Part shown: positions 40,748-52,924 of the stretch, in pieces
Position numbering within the stretch: position 1 is the first letter of the stretch
How the letters are laid out: each line of letters starts with the position of its first letter
Source: Gnetum montanum
Taxonomy: Eukaryota > Plantae > Gnetophyta
Reading direction: 5' to 3'
NCBI GenBank assembly: GCA_015680685.1
Contig: MNCI01003064.1
Location: 5,422-69,421, forward strand
Length of the DNA stretch: 64,000 nucleotides
Notes under the pieces: generated by a model
What the model was told of the DNA's origin: nothing
Databases searched by the model: none
Seen by the model: only the letters and a program-made list of their open reading frames with translations
Program-made: the position numbers and the translations under genes

Positions 40748-42371
40748 TGTAGCAACCAAAAAGGTTGGTGGCTGGAAAAAATGCCAAGGGGCCATCGACC
40801 ACTGGTAGTCTCGACCCCATTTCCATGGGAGGGACATATTGGATGGAATGGGAATGGAGCACCCTGAATGATTTGGTCGATCAGATAGGGACTTAGTCGG
40901 TGTCTATATAACCTTTTGCAACGTGTAATTTAAAAGCGAGACTGATAACGTAAAGAAATGCTTAAATGCAAAAGAAGCAGAAAAAATGTAAAATGCAATA
41001 GTAAAGAGGAAATAATGTAAAATGCAGTTAGAAAAATGCACCTCTTTGAAGCTATGACCTCGCTCTATCAAGATGGATGCAATTGGTTTCACAACATTGG
41101 GGAGTGCAGAGATCCCGAGGGTAACCAAGATGTGTAGAGAAAGAGGGTTGTGTGCTCGAACGCGGACTCAATCGTCAACAATGAGAAGCCCTACCAAGGT
41201 GGTAGAAAAGAATAGAAGCAAATGCCAACTGAGAATGCTAACTATTTGCAATGTTAAATAGAAAGCTTATAATGCTTGGGATTATAGTGCCAACTTTTTG
41301 CTTGTCAGCCAACCAGACTGTTAGCCGATTAGAGTGCTGAGAAAATAGACTGGGGACTAAAAAATTCTGAAAAAATGGGATGCAAAAAGTGCAAAAAAAG
41401 TTAGAATGTACAAGTGCCCGAGCCAGCTAGAGAGAGACTTTAAGCATCGCTCATTGGGGTATTTATAGGACCAAGGGTGTGCGCAAGATGCGGTTTGGAC
41501 ACCATGTGCCTTGGGCCTATGCTAACTTGTTTATGCTGCACGTGCCTCCATGACCATTGGGCGAGCCTACTACACTATAATTACAAACCTTCTACATTGT
41601 AATTACGTTGTCAGAGTAACAGTGTAATTAGGTGAGGTGCATTAATGTCACGTAACCACTTTCCATGCCTTCCAAGGTTTGTAGTGTAGCATGTTTTTCA
41701 TAGTGTGGCATCATGTCATGCTGTGCTATGCTATGTAGCATAGTGTAGCATAGTCGCTAGTTCGAAACAAAGAATTTGCATTGTATCTTGTTGCATGCGC
41801 TGAAAACCTTTGTAGTGTTGCAATTTTTGGTCATAGATTTGCTACGCTACGTAGCGTATCATAGAGTAGCAACTATCCTTAGCTGCAAAAAACGTTGCCA
41901 ATCTACAAACTTTGTCTTTTACACTGCGAAGTTTGTGAACTTGTTGATCCCGCCATTTGATATGCCTTCTATCAACTGCTGCAGAATTTCTACGCCTCAC
42001 TGCACCATGTAGCTTAGCATAGTGTAGCAGCAAATATGACCTGATTTGGGGCAAGTTCACCGCTTTCTGATGGAAGAAGACACTGCTGAAGGACTTGGAG
42101 TCAGGCGAGGGGATTGGTCGTCTAGCTTTTACTATGCTGTGCTACACTGTGTGGCACAGCGTAGCATAACACTATGCTTCCAAAAACATCTTCTAAAGTT
42201 TGCTACGCTACATGACATAGTATAGCGTAACAATATTCATTAACTTAGAAAACTTTCCGAAGCAGACAATTTGAACTTCAGAGCATCCATCTCCTAAAGA
42301 ACTGTCATAATGCTGCATGAATTGCAAAGGCCTAGTGAAGCAAGGATGTATTTGAAATTTGGGGTGTTTCA
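40748..42371 (-). repeat. 3' LTR of the Tat element
   Basis: 40784-42371 is a direct repeat of 57177-58766. PPT (reverse complement GACAAAGAGGGGCCAA) at 42372-42387. Confidence 0.93.
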
Positions 42372-42679
42372 TTGGCCCCTCTTTGTCGATGTCTAGAGGA
42401 TGGGCTTGAGAGACATTGACAAAGAAAACAAAACACCACGAAAGACACAATGCTAACGTTGCTACTTGGTGACTGTCATGACATTGCTTGGCTATGCTTG
42501 AGAGTGTTGCATTCATCTCTAGGAAAAGGGCAAAGATGAGGTTTAGCAAAGTCCCTCGTCGGAGTGCTCATGAGGGACTTGTTTACATTTTCATCTTTAC
42601 TCTGACCTTCAACCTTGTGTAGGATTGGTGTTTCCTTTGCAGGATGAGTTGCATTACATTCGCAAAGGGTTTTGACCTA

Positions 42680-43304
42680 CCTACAGATGCCTTCCATGTG
42701 GCAAGCTACGTTACACATGTCATGGAATTTGCACTTTGAAGTAGTCAAGCTAGTTGAGGCACTCACTTCGCGACGCTGTAGCACCTATTGTTGTGGCCAG
42801 ACTCATCTTCGACCGCACTTGGTAAGCATGACGGAGAGCAAGATAGCCACAATGTGAAGTGAGGGCAAAAGGTCTTGCTTGTTGTACATGTTGTTGAAGC
42901 TCTTGGACACCCATGCTAGTGCACGGTGTCCAAAGTAGGAAGGAAAGTAGTGGCCTTGGCAACACCAGCATGGAGGAGCTGGCATTGAAGGTGCCGAGAG
43001 TTGTTGTGAGTGTGGATGCTTTGGAATCCCTGCCAAGGGCATGCATTCTCAGTTCAGCTATGGGATCAACTACCACATAGCTAAATGTCATTTGAGCCCG
43101 GGTGTTGGTAGGGGGTTGGAGGATAACAATATTGTGGCTGGGCCACAATACTACTGGAACTCCAGTAGTGGGCACTGGCCAAGGAACTATCATCAGGACG
43201 GTGGGTCGTGGTGATGGTAGGTTTGGAGGTGCTAGTGTGACATCATACGACATCTCCAAAGGGTCAGCATGATGCCAAGGGTAACGACATTACATGTTTT
43301 CCAT
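42680..43304 (-). pseudogene. Extra 3' ORF of the Tat element, unknown function
   Basis: 169-codon open frame (42750-43259) extendable to an ATG at ~43304 through one stop. An overlapping frame has CWCCQGHYFPSY. Confidence 0.45.
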
Positions 43305-43427
43305 ATCATGTTCCCACTGCGTCATTAACCGCGTTATGGAGCTGCAACATCCCACCCCCACATCAGCACTATGCTTGCTCGTTTGATGTGTACTTAACAC
43401 AGATGCATGCTAGGGAAGTGACGCGAA

Positions 43428-43780
43428 CCCAGTTTAAGATCTTGGTAGACTGTGTGCTAGTTTAGAGTCCCAGTGGACCGTTGTGTTGGTTTAAGGTCAC
43501 AACAGACCATACATGCTAGTTTAATGTCATAGCAGATGTGTCGTGCCAATTTATAGTCATAGCGGACTAGCTATGACTATTTTACATCGTAGCAGATGGT
43601 TGCCTCTAGTTTAATGTCGTAGCAGATGGTGGTTGTCGTGGTTGCTAGTTTATCATCATAGTGGATTATGCTTGATGCCGCTAGTTTAACATTGTTGTGG
43701 ACGCTGCTTGATGTTGCTAGTTTAATGTCATTGTGGATGCTGCTTGCTATTGTCACCGATTTAACATCGTGGCGGACACT
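43428..43780. repeat. Tandem array of ~28-35-bp units, GCTAGTTTA-NN-GTC-N6-GAC
   Basis: About 11 degenerate units read directly, just downstream of the pol stop. Confidence 0.85.
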
Positions 43781-43798
43781 ACTTATTGTTGTCATGCC

Positions 43799-46700
43799 TC
43801 AAATGTAGTACGGCTTGAGATACGAGTGATTCACCAGATTGGTGAACTCATTGCCATCCATCTCTACAAGCTTGAAGGATCCATACCCGAAGGCTTTAGT
43901 GACCATGTAAGGGCCTTCCCAGTTGGCTACGAATTTGCTCACATGCTCACAGACAACCTTGAGGATGAGGTCTCCCTTTTGTACTGGCCGTCGATGCAGG
44001 TTTGCACGGTGCTTTTGTTGTTGCTTGCTCTAGTAGTGCTCTATGCATCTCAATGTCTATGCATGCTCCTCCTCTACTAAGTCGAGGTCGATGGTCCATG
44101 ACTCATTGTTCTAGGCTTCACTCACAACATCCGTGAGGATCATCTGAAGTGATGGTACCTGCAACTCAAGAGGAAACATAGCTTTAGATCCGTAAACAAG
44201 GTTGTAAGGAGTCTTACTTATCATGGTTCTTCATGTTGTTCTGTAGGCCTAGAGAACGTAGAGGATTTGTTCATGCCACTGCCTCTTGTTGTTTCCAAGC
44301 ATCCACTTTAGTAAGTTGATGATGGAAATATTTGTAGCCTCTGCTTGTCCATTTTCCTGCGGATAATACGTGGAGGAGAATGATTGCTTAATGCCTAGGT
44401 TTCTACAAAAGGTTCAAGTTTCTGTACTACTGAATTACGGCCCATTGTCAGTCACAATAGTCATTGGAAGCCCGAACCTTGTCACGATGTTATCCAGGAT
44501 GAAATACCAGATTTTCTAAGACATTGTTTTCCTCAAGGGAATAGCTTCCACCCACATAGTGAAATACTTAGTGGCATTGATAATGAAGCTATTCCCTACG
44601 GAGAAATTAGGCATGATAGGTCCTATGAGGTCTAGTCCCCATCATTGGAAAGGCCACATGATTTGCATTGGTTGTAGGTCCATAGGTGAGACTTGTATGA
44701 GATTTGCATGCCTCTGACACATGTCACATGTCTTGACTTTCGACAGACAGTTGTGCTCCATGTGGGGCCAATAGCACCCTAGGCATCTGATTTTCACAGC
44801 GATAGCCCTGGGTGCTATGTGTCTGCTGCACAGTCCCTCATGCCCTTCATTAATTACCTTCTATGCCTACTCCCCACCCACACATGCCAGCAATATCCTT
44901 TCATAGGAACATTGACATAGGGCGGCATTTCCCATGAGCGTATATTGTCGAGCACCCTTGCAGATCGCATCTCTCTGACCAGATGTTAGTCCACTTGGTG
45001 GTTTATCATGTTGCAGGTAGGCTTTAATGTTAGCATACCACTCCTAGCTGTCCATGGCACTGATAGAGGCCACGTGTCCCACCTGAGTGATAGGCTCAGT
45101 GCATTTGACAATCGCAGTTGGCAGACTTGCGAACGAGTGTGGTGGAATTCTTAATGCAAGAGTGGCTAAGGCATCTGCCATGTTGTTCTCATTGCGTGGC
45201 ATGTATTTCACATCTATGGTTGTAAATTGCTTAAGAAAGCTTTTTTCTAGGTCGCAGTAGGATTGTAGGTGCATAGCTTTGCAGGCGTAGACCTCAATGA
45301 TTTGATTCACAACTAGTTATGAATCACCGCAGATTGCCAAGTGTTGTATGCACAATGTTTGCATAGCAAAGAGGCCTCTGAGTAGCCCCTCATACTCTGC
45401 CACATTTTTGGTGCATGGGAACAGAAAATGATAAGCAAATGGGTGCATTTCCCCAAAGGGAACCATGATGATGGTAGTAGCACTACCTCCTCGCAAGGTT
45501 GAAGCGTCGTCGAAGTGTAAAATAGCTTCTAGATGCGAAGGGACGATGTTGATAATGTCAACATGTTCATCTGGGAATTTAGGATCTATGGTTGTGTGGT
45601 CATCGACGGGTGAGGCCGTAAGTTGTGTTGCTATGGCTTAACAATTAGTTGATGACTGGATTACATAGTATAGGTCAAACTCCATGGTTATTTCTTTCCA
45701 TCGAGCTATCCTACTACTTTCATATAGGTTAGTATTAATATCCCGGAGTATGTTGCTTTTGCAAATGATGTTAACTGCACTGCGAAATAGATAGTGCCTC
45801 CACTTTTTTAGTGCAAATACTAAGGCAAGAAAATTCCTCTCTACTTCGTTGTATTTTGCCTCATGTGTTATTAACGCATGACTCACGTAGTACACTTATC
45901 TCAAATCTGTCGTCTCATTTCTGACATAGCAGTGCTGTGATAGATGTGTCAGAGATGGCAAGGTAGATGAAGAAAGGCTTATCCCTTTGTGGAGGGTGCA
46001 CCGTTGGGAGGTGCAAAAGCTCTTTCTTCAAGTTGTTGAAGGCTTATTGATACTGGGTTGTCCACTCAAAGTCAACCTCTTTCTTTAGAAGATGTTGCAT
46101 GGGGTGTAACTTGTCAGTCAACTTTACTATAAACCTTCAGATAAACTGTACCCTACCTTGCAAGCCATGTAACTCCTTCAAGTTTGTAGGAGCTGCCAGG
46201 TTGATGATGGCCTTGACTTTGTTAGAGTCCACTCTTATTCTGGCCTTTGATACCATGAATCCTAACATGCGTATGGTTTTCACACCTAAGACACACTTCT
46301 TAGGATTAAGGCATAGATCATGAATTTGACAATAGTTAAGGACTACCCCTAGATTGCATGGATGATTAGCTACCTTTTTGGACTTAACTGCTATATCAAC
46401 CATGTAGTCATTTAACATTTCTAGGATGTAGTCACTGAAGATGTAGGTCATGGATCACTGGTAGGTTGCTCCAACGTTCTTGAGCTCAAAACGCATCATG
46501 GTGTAACAGAAGGTACCCCATGGGGTAATGAAGGTTGTAACTAATTGATGTTCAAGGTTGATGTGAATTTTTTTATAGCCAAAAAAGCCATCCATGAAGG
46601 ATGACAGAGCATGACCAGCCATAGTGTCAATGATTTGATCAATGCTTGAAAGTAGAAAGCCATCCTTGATTATTGCTTTGTTCAGATCCTGGAAGTTTAT

Positions 46701-47278
46701 GCAGATTCGTATTTCTCCCATTTTCTTGGAAAGTACAATGATGTTGGACATCCATTCTAAATAATCGAACACACAAATGAAGCTAGCTTGGTATAGCTTG
46801 GTGATTTCGTCCCTTACGACTAGTGCAATTTTTGGTTTGACTTCTCAAGTGTTTTTCTTGACTACCTTCATGCACGGGTCTAGGATGATCTTGTGTTGTA
46901 TCAGCCTTGGATCTAAACCTGGCATGTCACTGTATGACCATGTGAAGACATTGATGTTATCTTACAGAATTTTGGCTACATTTTCGTGTGTCAGCGCATC
47001 TAGGAGGGAGCTAAGCTTTAACGTTTTTACCTCCCCCTTGGGCATGGTCACAAGCATCTCGATGAGAGGATCTTTAGTTACATCCCCAGCCTCTAAATGT
47101 AGATTTTAGACTAGATGCTCAGGCCAATATGGGGGTGCTTCTAAAGATGCTATGGTGCTAGCTGTGGTTGACCTCCAATAGATTAGGTCTGGGTTCAATT
47201 GTCTCGTGATCTTGCCATGCGGACCTGCTAGGGCTAAAGGTGTCAAGAGTTCATGATGGCTTTCCATTTTTTCTTAAC
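43799..47278 (-). pseudogene. Tat pol: RT, RNase H, additional RNase H (aRH), integrase
   Basis: VFTWSYSDMPGLDP and IRICINFQDLNKA...FMDGFFGY...TPWGTFCY (RT). LALVFALKKWRHY (RH). LHFDDAS...NVAEYEGL...GDS*LVVNQ...RNENNMADALA (aRH). WGLDLIGP and NWEGPY...LKPYYI* (INT). Confidence 0.95.
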
Positions 47279-47525
47279 CTGTAAAAATGAGATGAAAGCC
47301 TGGTTAAGAGGCACCTATTGGTAGTAATCATGTATAATTAAAAATTACAAAGTAATGAAAATATGTATGATGTAGAGATTAAAATTTTTCCAATGTAAAG
47401 TCATGGCAGACTATTATCGCATGGAGATGCAGAGCTGCTAAAATAGGAAAATGTAAACTGTCAACTTGAGAGAATGTGAAACTGCTAAGGAGAAGATGTC
47501 AAACTTCCAATGCGAAAATGTGAGA

Positions 47526-47702
47526 TTGCTAGTTTAGTATCATTGTGGACTGCAAACGTATAACAGATTCAAACATGCTAGTTTAAGGTCTTTTCAGACC
47601 ATGAAAGTTGCAACTGTGCTGGGGTTTGCTATTTTAAGGTCTTTTTGGACCAGTAAAAGCACAACTATGCTACGATTGCTAGTTTAAGGTCCTTTCGAAC
47701 TA
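47526..47702. repeat. Array of GCTAGTTTAAGGTC-N6-GACC units
   Basis: Four spaced units of the same motif family as 43428-43780. Confidence 0.75.
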
Positions 47703-47879
47703 AGAAAATCAAAAATATATTTTTTCATTTTTTGTGAAAGCAAGCCATTAGCTTGAAGCATGTCAAGGTTTAATGCTAACAGTGCCACGATGTTGTGGTG
47801 GCCATGCTAATAGTGCCACACTATCATGGTGAGCATTAAATGGAGATAGAGAGAAGCAAGTTTCCCTTTTTACCATTAT

Positions 47880-47910
47880 GGTCATAAATAGGGATTAAAC
47901 CCTAGTAAGC
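47880..47910 (+). promoter_or_regulatory. Candidate promoter of the antisense gene (TATA-like element + telo-box)
   Basis: CATAAATA at 47883-47890 and AAACCCTA at 47897-47904, ~140 bp upstream of ATG 48040. Confidence 0.45.
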
Positions 47911-48039
47911 TTGTCATTCTCACTGTAAGAGCGCAGAGCCTATATTCGGAACATAAGGCAATTTTGGAGAGATTGTGCTAACAGCGAGCAAGATGGTTTT
48001 CTGCACAGTGATGAGGAGAAAAAGTCTATGATTAGGACG

Positions 48040-51000
48040 ATGGCTCCAAAGAAGAAATGCAAAAATTTGGCACTTACAAAGGTTGAGGAGGTGAAGCAAA
48101 CCCTAGGGCACATGACTCAGGTGCACGTCGCAGCGTGGAAGGACACGCCATTTACCTGGTAGGCTACCATGCACCCTTTGTTTTCTCTCAATTCTATTAT
48201 TATTTTCTACTTATGTTTTTCTCTGCTTTCATTTTGCATCATAGTTTTAGCCATTTTCGTTTTCTGTTGTTGCATTGGTTTGGCCTTTGCATCACCGCTA
48301 TCGTCATCTCGTCCGTGATGAGTGCATAAACATTACTCGATCATTGCATGCGAGGTCGCTTAAACTGCCACCACTGTAGTTGTCACAACCAAAGGGGATC
48401 ATGCAGCTTAAGTTATTTGATGTTTGAATGGCATGATGTAGGTCCCTTGAGAGGGTTGGGCCATGCGTGATGTTATAGTGTGACACATGTTCTATCAGGG
48501 TGTATTGTTAATTTCCCTGTTAGGGTTAATTGCTCTATTGCTACACTAGGCTATTTTTTGGTACGCTACCATTTTCCTGTTCTTTCTACGCTACGTGTGG
48601 GAAGAGGGTTATGCTACACTATATGCGTGGACTACTAAGTATTTCTACGTTGCGTGTGTATTGCACTTAGACATGATGCTAAAACTTGTTGGTTGCATTG
48701 TGTAGAATGGGGCTAAGGCCAATGTTGATTGTTTTGGAAATTAGAGGGGTCATGTGTCATGTGAGCAAACCTGTGGCCAATGCTCCTCCTCTCTAGATAT
48801 GTATGGGAGAGCGGCGGGTTTGGTTCAAGAAAGAGGCACATGACTTTTTACAATTCCTCCTCAACCACTTCAATGTGATCATTTGGTCCTCCCTAGAGGA
48901 GGAGGAGGTGACTGACATAACACAAGCCATATTTCCTGGGGAAAGTGGGTCATTCTGAGGTTTCTGACCGATAGGGAAATCATGAGCAGGCAAGGAGAAG
49001 GATCCAGTCAACACCCAACATGGTTAAGGCATTTGGCTTGGATTTGGGAGATTCTTGAGTACAACTGCTACCACCATTTCAACACACTATTCCTTGCATG
49101 TTTTATGAAGATGTGCTTCCAGAACCCTCAAGGAACTTTCTACTATGTTGGTAATTGAGTTTTGTAGCCTTGCTCCATTGTTTTTGTGGGACGCTATCCA
49201 TATTGGCAAAATGCTAATAGTATGCGTTTGTTACCAGGTTCTTCATCAACAAGAATGGAGTTCACGACCGTCCAGGTCTACTGGCTATAGCACAGCTAGC
49301 CCTATAGGATTTCTCTTCTACTGAGAACCTATGGGCAGGTGCGATTGGTCAAAGCAGGGGTGAATATCATACCTACCCAATCCGATATCGCATTCTCTTC
49401 AATCAATGCAAGGGGTAGGGTTGGCTGGATGAGGAGTGGGTAGAACCCTTTAAACTAGTCACAGTTGAACAAGTTATGCTTGAACTTCCACCATTCCCAT
49501 TATCGTATAGACCTAGTAGGCTGAACACTAAGTGTCGCATTCTTACGTTCCTTTGCAATCTTTGCATTTTTTGCATTTTTATGCCAAATGTTTTTGTAAA
49601 ACTGTTGTAGGGGTGAAGAAGCCCCAAGAGGTGATGGTGGTAAGCACTAAGACATAGCGGGCAAACATCTACTTCAAATATGAAGAAGTAGGATCGAGCC
49701 AATGTTGGATAAACTGTGTGACTTTGGACTCCTTGGTCCAGAACATCCAAAAGGTTGGGCTTATGGATCTATTCTTGGCCCTGAATCTGAGCGTTCCTAC
49801 CACTGAAATGCTTTTCCTAGTCAACTCCTTTTTTGAAAAGGTGGGCCGCTTCCACATGCACATACGAGGCATGCGAGTGGTCATTGAAATCAATGACCAA
49901 CTATTCATGGACCTGTTCGGTGTTCTTGCCAATGGCATCCTCATAGGGTCAAAGGGAAAGAAGGAGCTGATCCTTCTGAAGAAGGATATTTAGGAGTGGC
50001 TGGGGATTGCCAAGGAGCAAAAGGGGCTCCCCATGGAGAAGCTTAAAGACAGGCCAGCCAAGGAGATTTACCCTATCTTCCACACTCACGCATTCTCCCA
50101 ACTGCTTATCCAAGGGAAGGTTCCAAGGCTTGAGTAGGCCTAGATAATGCATGAGGTCATGGAAGAAGGGGCCCGTTACAACTAGGTCAGCTTTTAATGT
50201 AAATGCTTTCAGGCTAACATTTTGTGACTCTACCAAAAATCGGAGTCCCGTTTCAACATACATTATGCCTTCTACATAGGTTGTCTAAAGCGCTTCGTAG
50301 AGTTTCTAGTGGTTCAAGCGAATGGAGTCTGGGTCATGCGAAATCGTAACTAGATTTCCAGACCGTAGATTCACGAGATCCTATGGACCACATGAGCCCA
50401 AGATCCCCTAGAAATAATTGGGGAGTTCTTGTCTGTAATGACCAAGGATTGGATGGCTCGTAATGTTCGTGGCTAGGATAGCATAGGTGAGACACCCCCT
50501 GCCATAGCTAGTAGCATGTCATGGGAGTAACATCTCATAGCCGAGACTGTGCCCAAAGAGTTATGGTGGAAGAGGCCTCCCCTAGCTAAGGAAACCCTTC
50601 GTGTGGAGGAAGAGGAGGGGTGAAGACTATATCTTAAACTACTGAGGATGCAACCCCCCATTGGTAAATGCTTTTTTTCAATGCTTACTTTGTCATTGTC
50701 TGCTAAGCTACGCTAGGTGACGTAGCATAGCAGAGAACTTGCTTTAGGCTAACTTGTTTTGTGCTAATGCAAACATGTTTCTTTGCTAGTAGAGGAAGAA
50801 GAATAAGAAGAAGAAGGTGATGAAGAAGTGTCGGCCCCTAAGGCAGGGGTGAAAAATAAAGACATGGAGGCCCCAGTCTCAGAGGAAAGGGTCCCAATCA
50901 AGAATAAAGGAGCTCCTATCGCTAGGGAAGGGGCTCTTATGATTAAGGAGAATCCTCCTACCAACGAGAAGGCCACTTTTGGAGAGGAAGTAGAGTCTCC

Positions 51001-52498
51001 TTTGAATAAAATAGACGCTAGTCTCTGAAAAGAAAAAGTGCCACTGTGTGACGAAGAGGTCCTTACAGATTTAGCAAGGACCTCTGCCAAGGCTACCACT
51101 ATCGTCTTGCATCAGCCAAAAGGGAGACCACAATCGAATGCTGGTGAGTTTGGCAATATGTCTGCCTTTTCATAGTCCATTTTGGCCATTACTAATATGT
51201 TTAGTCATGTAATAAGTGCTACTATTGATGCTGCAGGACACTCTCCAATTCGTGTGGAGTCGTGGGCCAAGATCCCTAACAAACTTACGTTCGTGCATGG
51301 AATCATTCATGACATGATCATCCACCTTTAGCAAGAGGATCCTAATGTGGGTAAGTAATAGTGTTAGGTGCTCTTATGTTGTTATGCTAGAATTTTTTGA
51401 GTTCACTATTCTTGCTATGCTAACGCGATTGCTACGCTCTTTGTGTCATGGTAGCCTCTTAGCTCAAATGGGACTTGACATGACCTTTGAAAGTCGGTGT
51501 TGTGCCTACATTCATAGATTACATGACCAAGGTGTCGTGTCGCATGTATGACAAGGCTTGCAACTGCGTTTTGCACTTGACACGTTCCTTGTGGGAGTAT
51601 AAGCACATTAACGAGGACCTATGGAAATGGGTCCAAAGGACTGAACAAAGAGAGGTCAACTTGGTCATCGAAGTGGAGGATCTCAGGTCGAGGAACAAGT
51701 TCCTAATAGCCTATGACACAAATAATGAGGATTGACACATGGCTGTGATAGACTACCCCAGAATTTGGACTGTCACACGTCAGAACATTGAAGCCACTTG
51801 CGAGATAATCAAACAACGGATGCAAATGGACTTGCTAGCGTAGAACTATCAAGATCTGAAAGCCTTCAGCACCAAGGTTTATGAATGGGGGCAGTCCCAG
51901 ACAAAACATAAACATATGTATAAATGGAAAAATTCCACCCATTGTAAACTATACAGGGACACTGCTGTGGAGGCATTTACTTATGAAGCATGCGTAAATG
52001 CCATCGACACTTCTGGGGCCTATGGAAAGTTCAAAGAGTAGGTAAAGGTTACAGAATCTCCTAACCTAAAGGTGGACCTTCCCACAGGAGAGATCGCAAC
52101 CATCTCCTTTTCTTTAGGACCACCATGGTGGACAACCATTGAAAGGGAGAGAGCTGCTGCAGATGTTGAACCAAGCAATAGACGTTGGATGGATATCACA
52201 ATAGAGGAGGTCTAGCATTGCCTCAGGCTTGGTTTAGACTAGATACCCTTTGAGACGGATGTAGGCCCTTCTCAGGTTAGTTACTTTCTACCATGTTAAT
52301 GCTTGTGCTCTATCGTAGTGTGCATTTGTTGCCCTAGCTGACCACTTCACTCCTACGATGTAGGCTCCAGATGTGGATGTAGGGCCCGTAGAAGGAGGAA
52401 ATGAAGAAGCGATAGAGGGTAGCATAGGGGAAGGTGATGCAAAAGGCAACGATGAAAAAATGAAAGACAAAGATGATGCGAGCAGAGACAACCCATGA
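48040..52498 (+). pseudogene. Antisense 8-exon accessory gene of the Tat element: FCP1/NIF-like pseudophosphatase + PMD-like domain + acidic and coiled-coil-like regions (~1,100 codons, decayed)
   Basis: Exons ~48040-48158, 48706-49150, 49238-49515, 49611-50663, 50790-51143, 51237-51350, 51455-52275 and 52364-52498. All introns are GT-AG and six of seven are frame-compatible. Starts MAPKKK. AATAAA at 52577. Scattered stops and a few frameshifts. Confidence 0.8.
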
Positions 52499-52664
52499 TA
52501 GCATGGGATTTCTTTTTGAAAATTTTGAATTTTTGGAACAAATTTTGGAAACATTGTTTAAACGAAAATAGTTTTGAATAAAGAAAAGAGGAAAATAAAT
52601 TTATTTTGCACTAACTTATGCATTGCATGTGCTATGTTTTGTAAAAAATGATTATGCTTTTATG

Positions 52665-52865
52665 TGCTAGTTTTAGGCCATTTTGGGACTTCGTGTAACA
52701 TGCTAGAGAGATGATACATCAACAACTTGAACAACAACTGACTAGTAACTCATGCTACTTTTAGGCCATTTCAGGCCATTGGTAGTTTTAGGCTGTTTCA
52801 GGCCATTGCTAGTTTTAGGAGGTTTTGGGCCATAGCTAGTTTTAGGCTATTTCAGGCCATAGCGT
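52665..52865. repeat. Tandem ~24-bp repeat, GCTAGTTTTAGGCC-N6-GGCC
   Basis: About five units read directly. Confidence 0.85.
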
Positions 52866-52924
52866 AGCATGCCAAAAGGGATGATATGTTAACCAAGCAA
52901 AAAATGGTGAATGTGAAAGGGATT

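Noticed and set aside
43428-43780. Repeat-spacer pattern resembling a CRISPR array
   Set aside because: Units are short, degenerate and irregular, lie in a plant retrotransposon UTR, and there are no cas genes.
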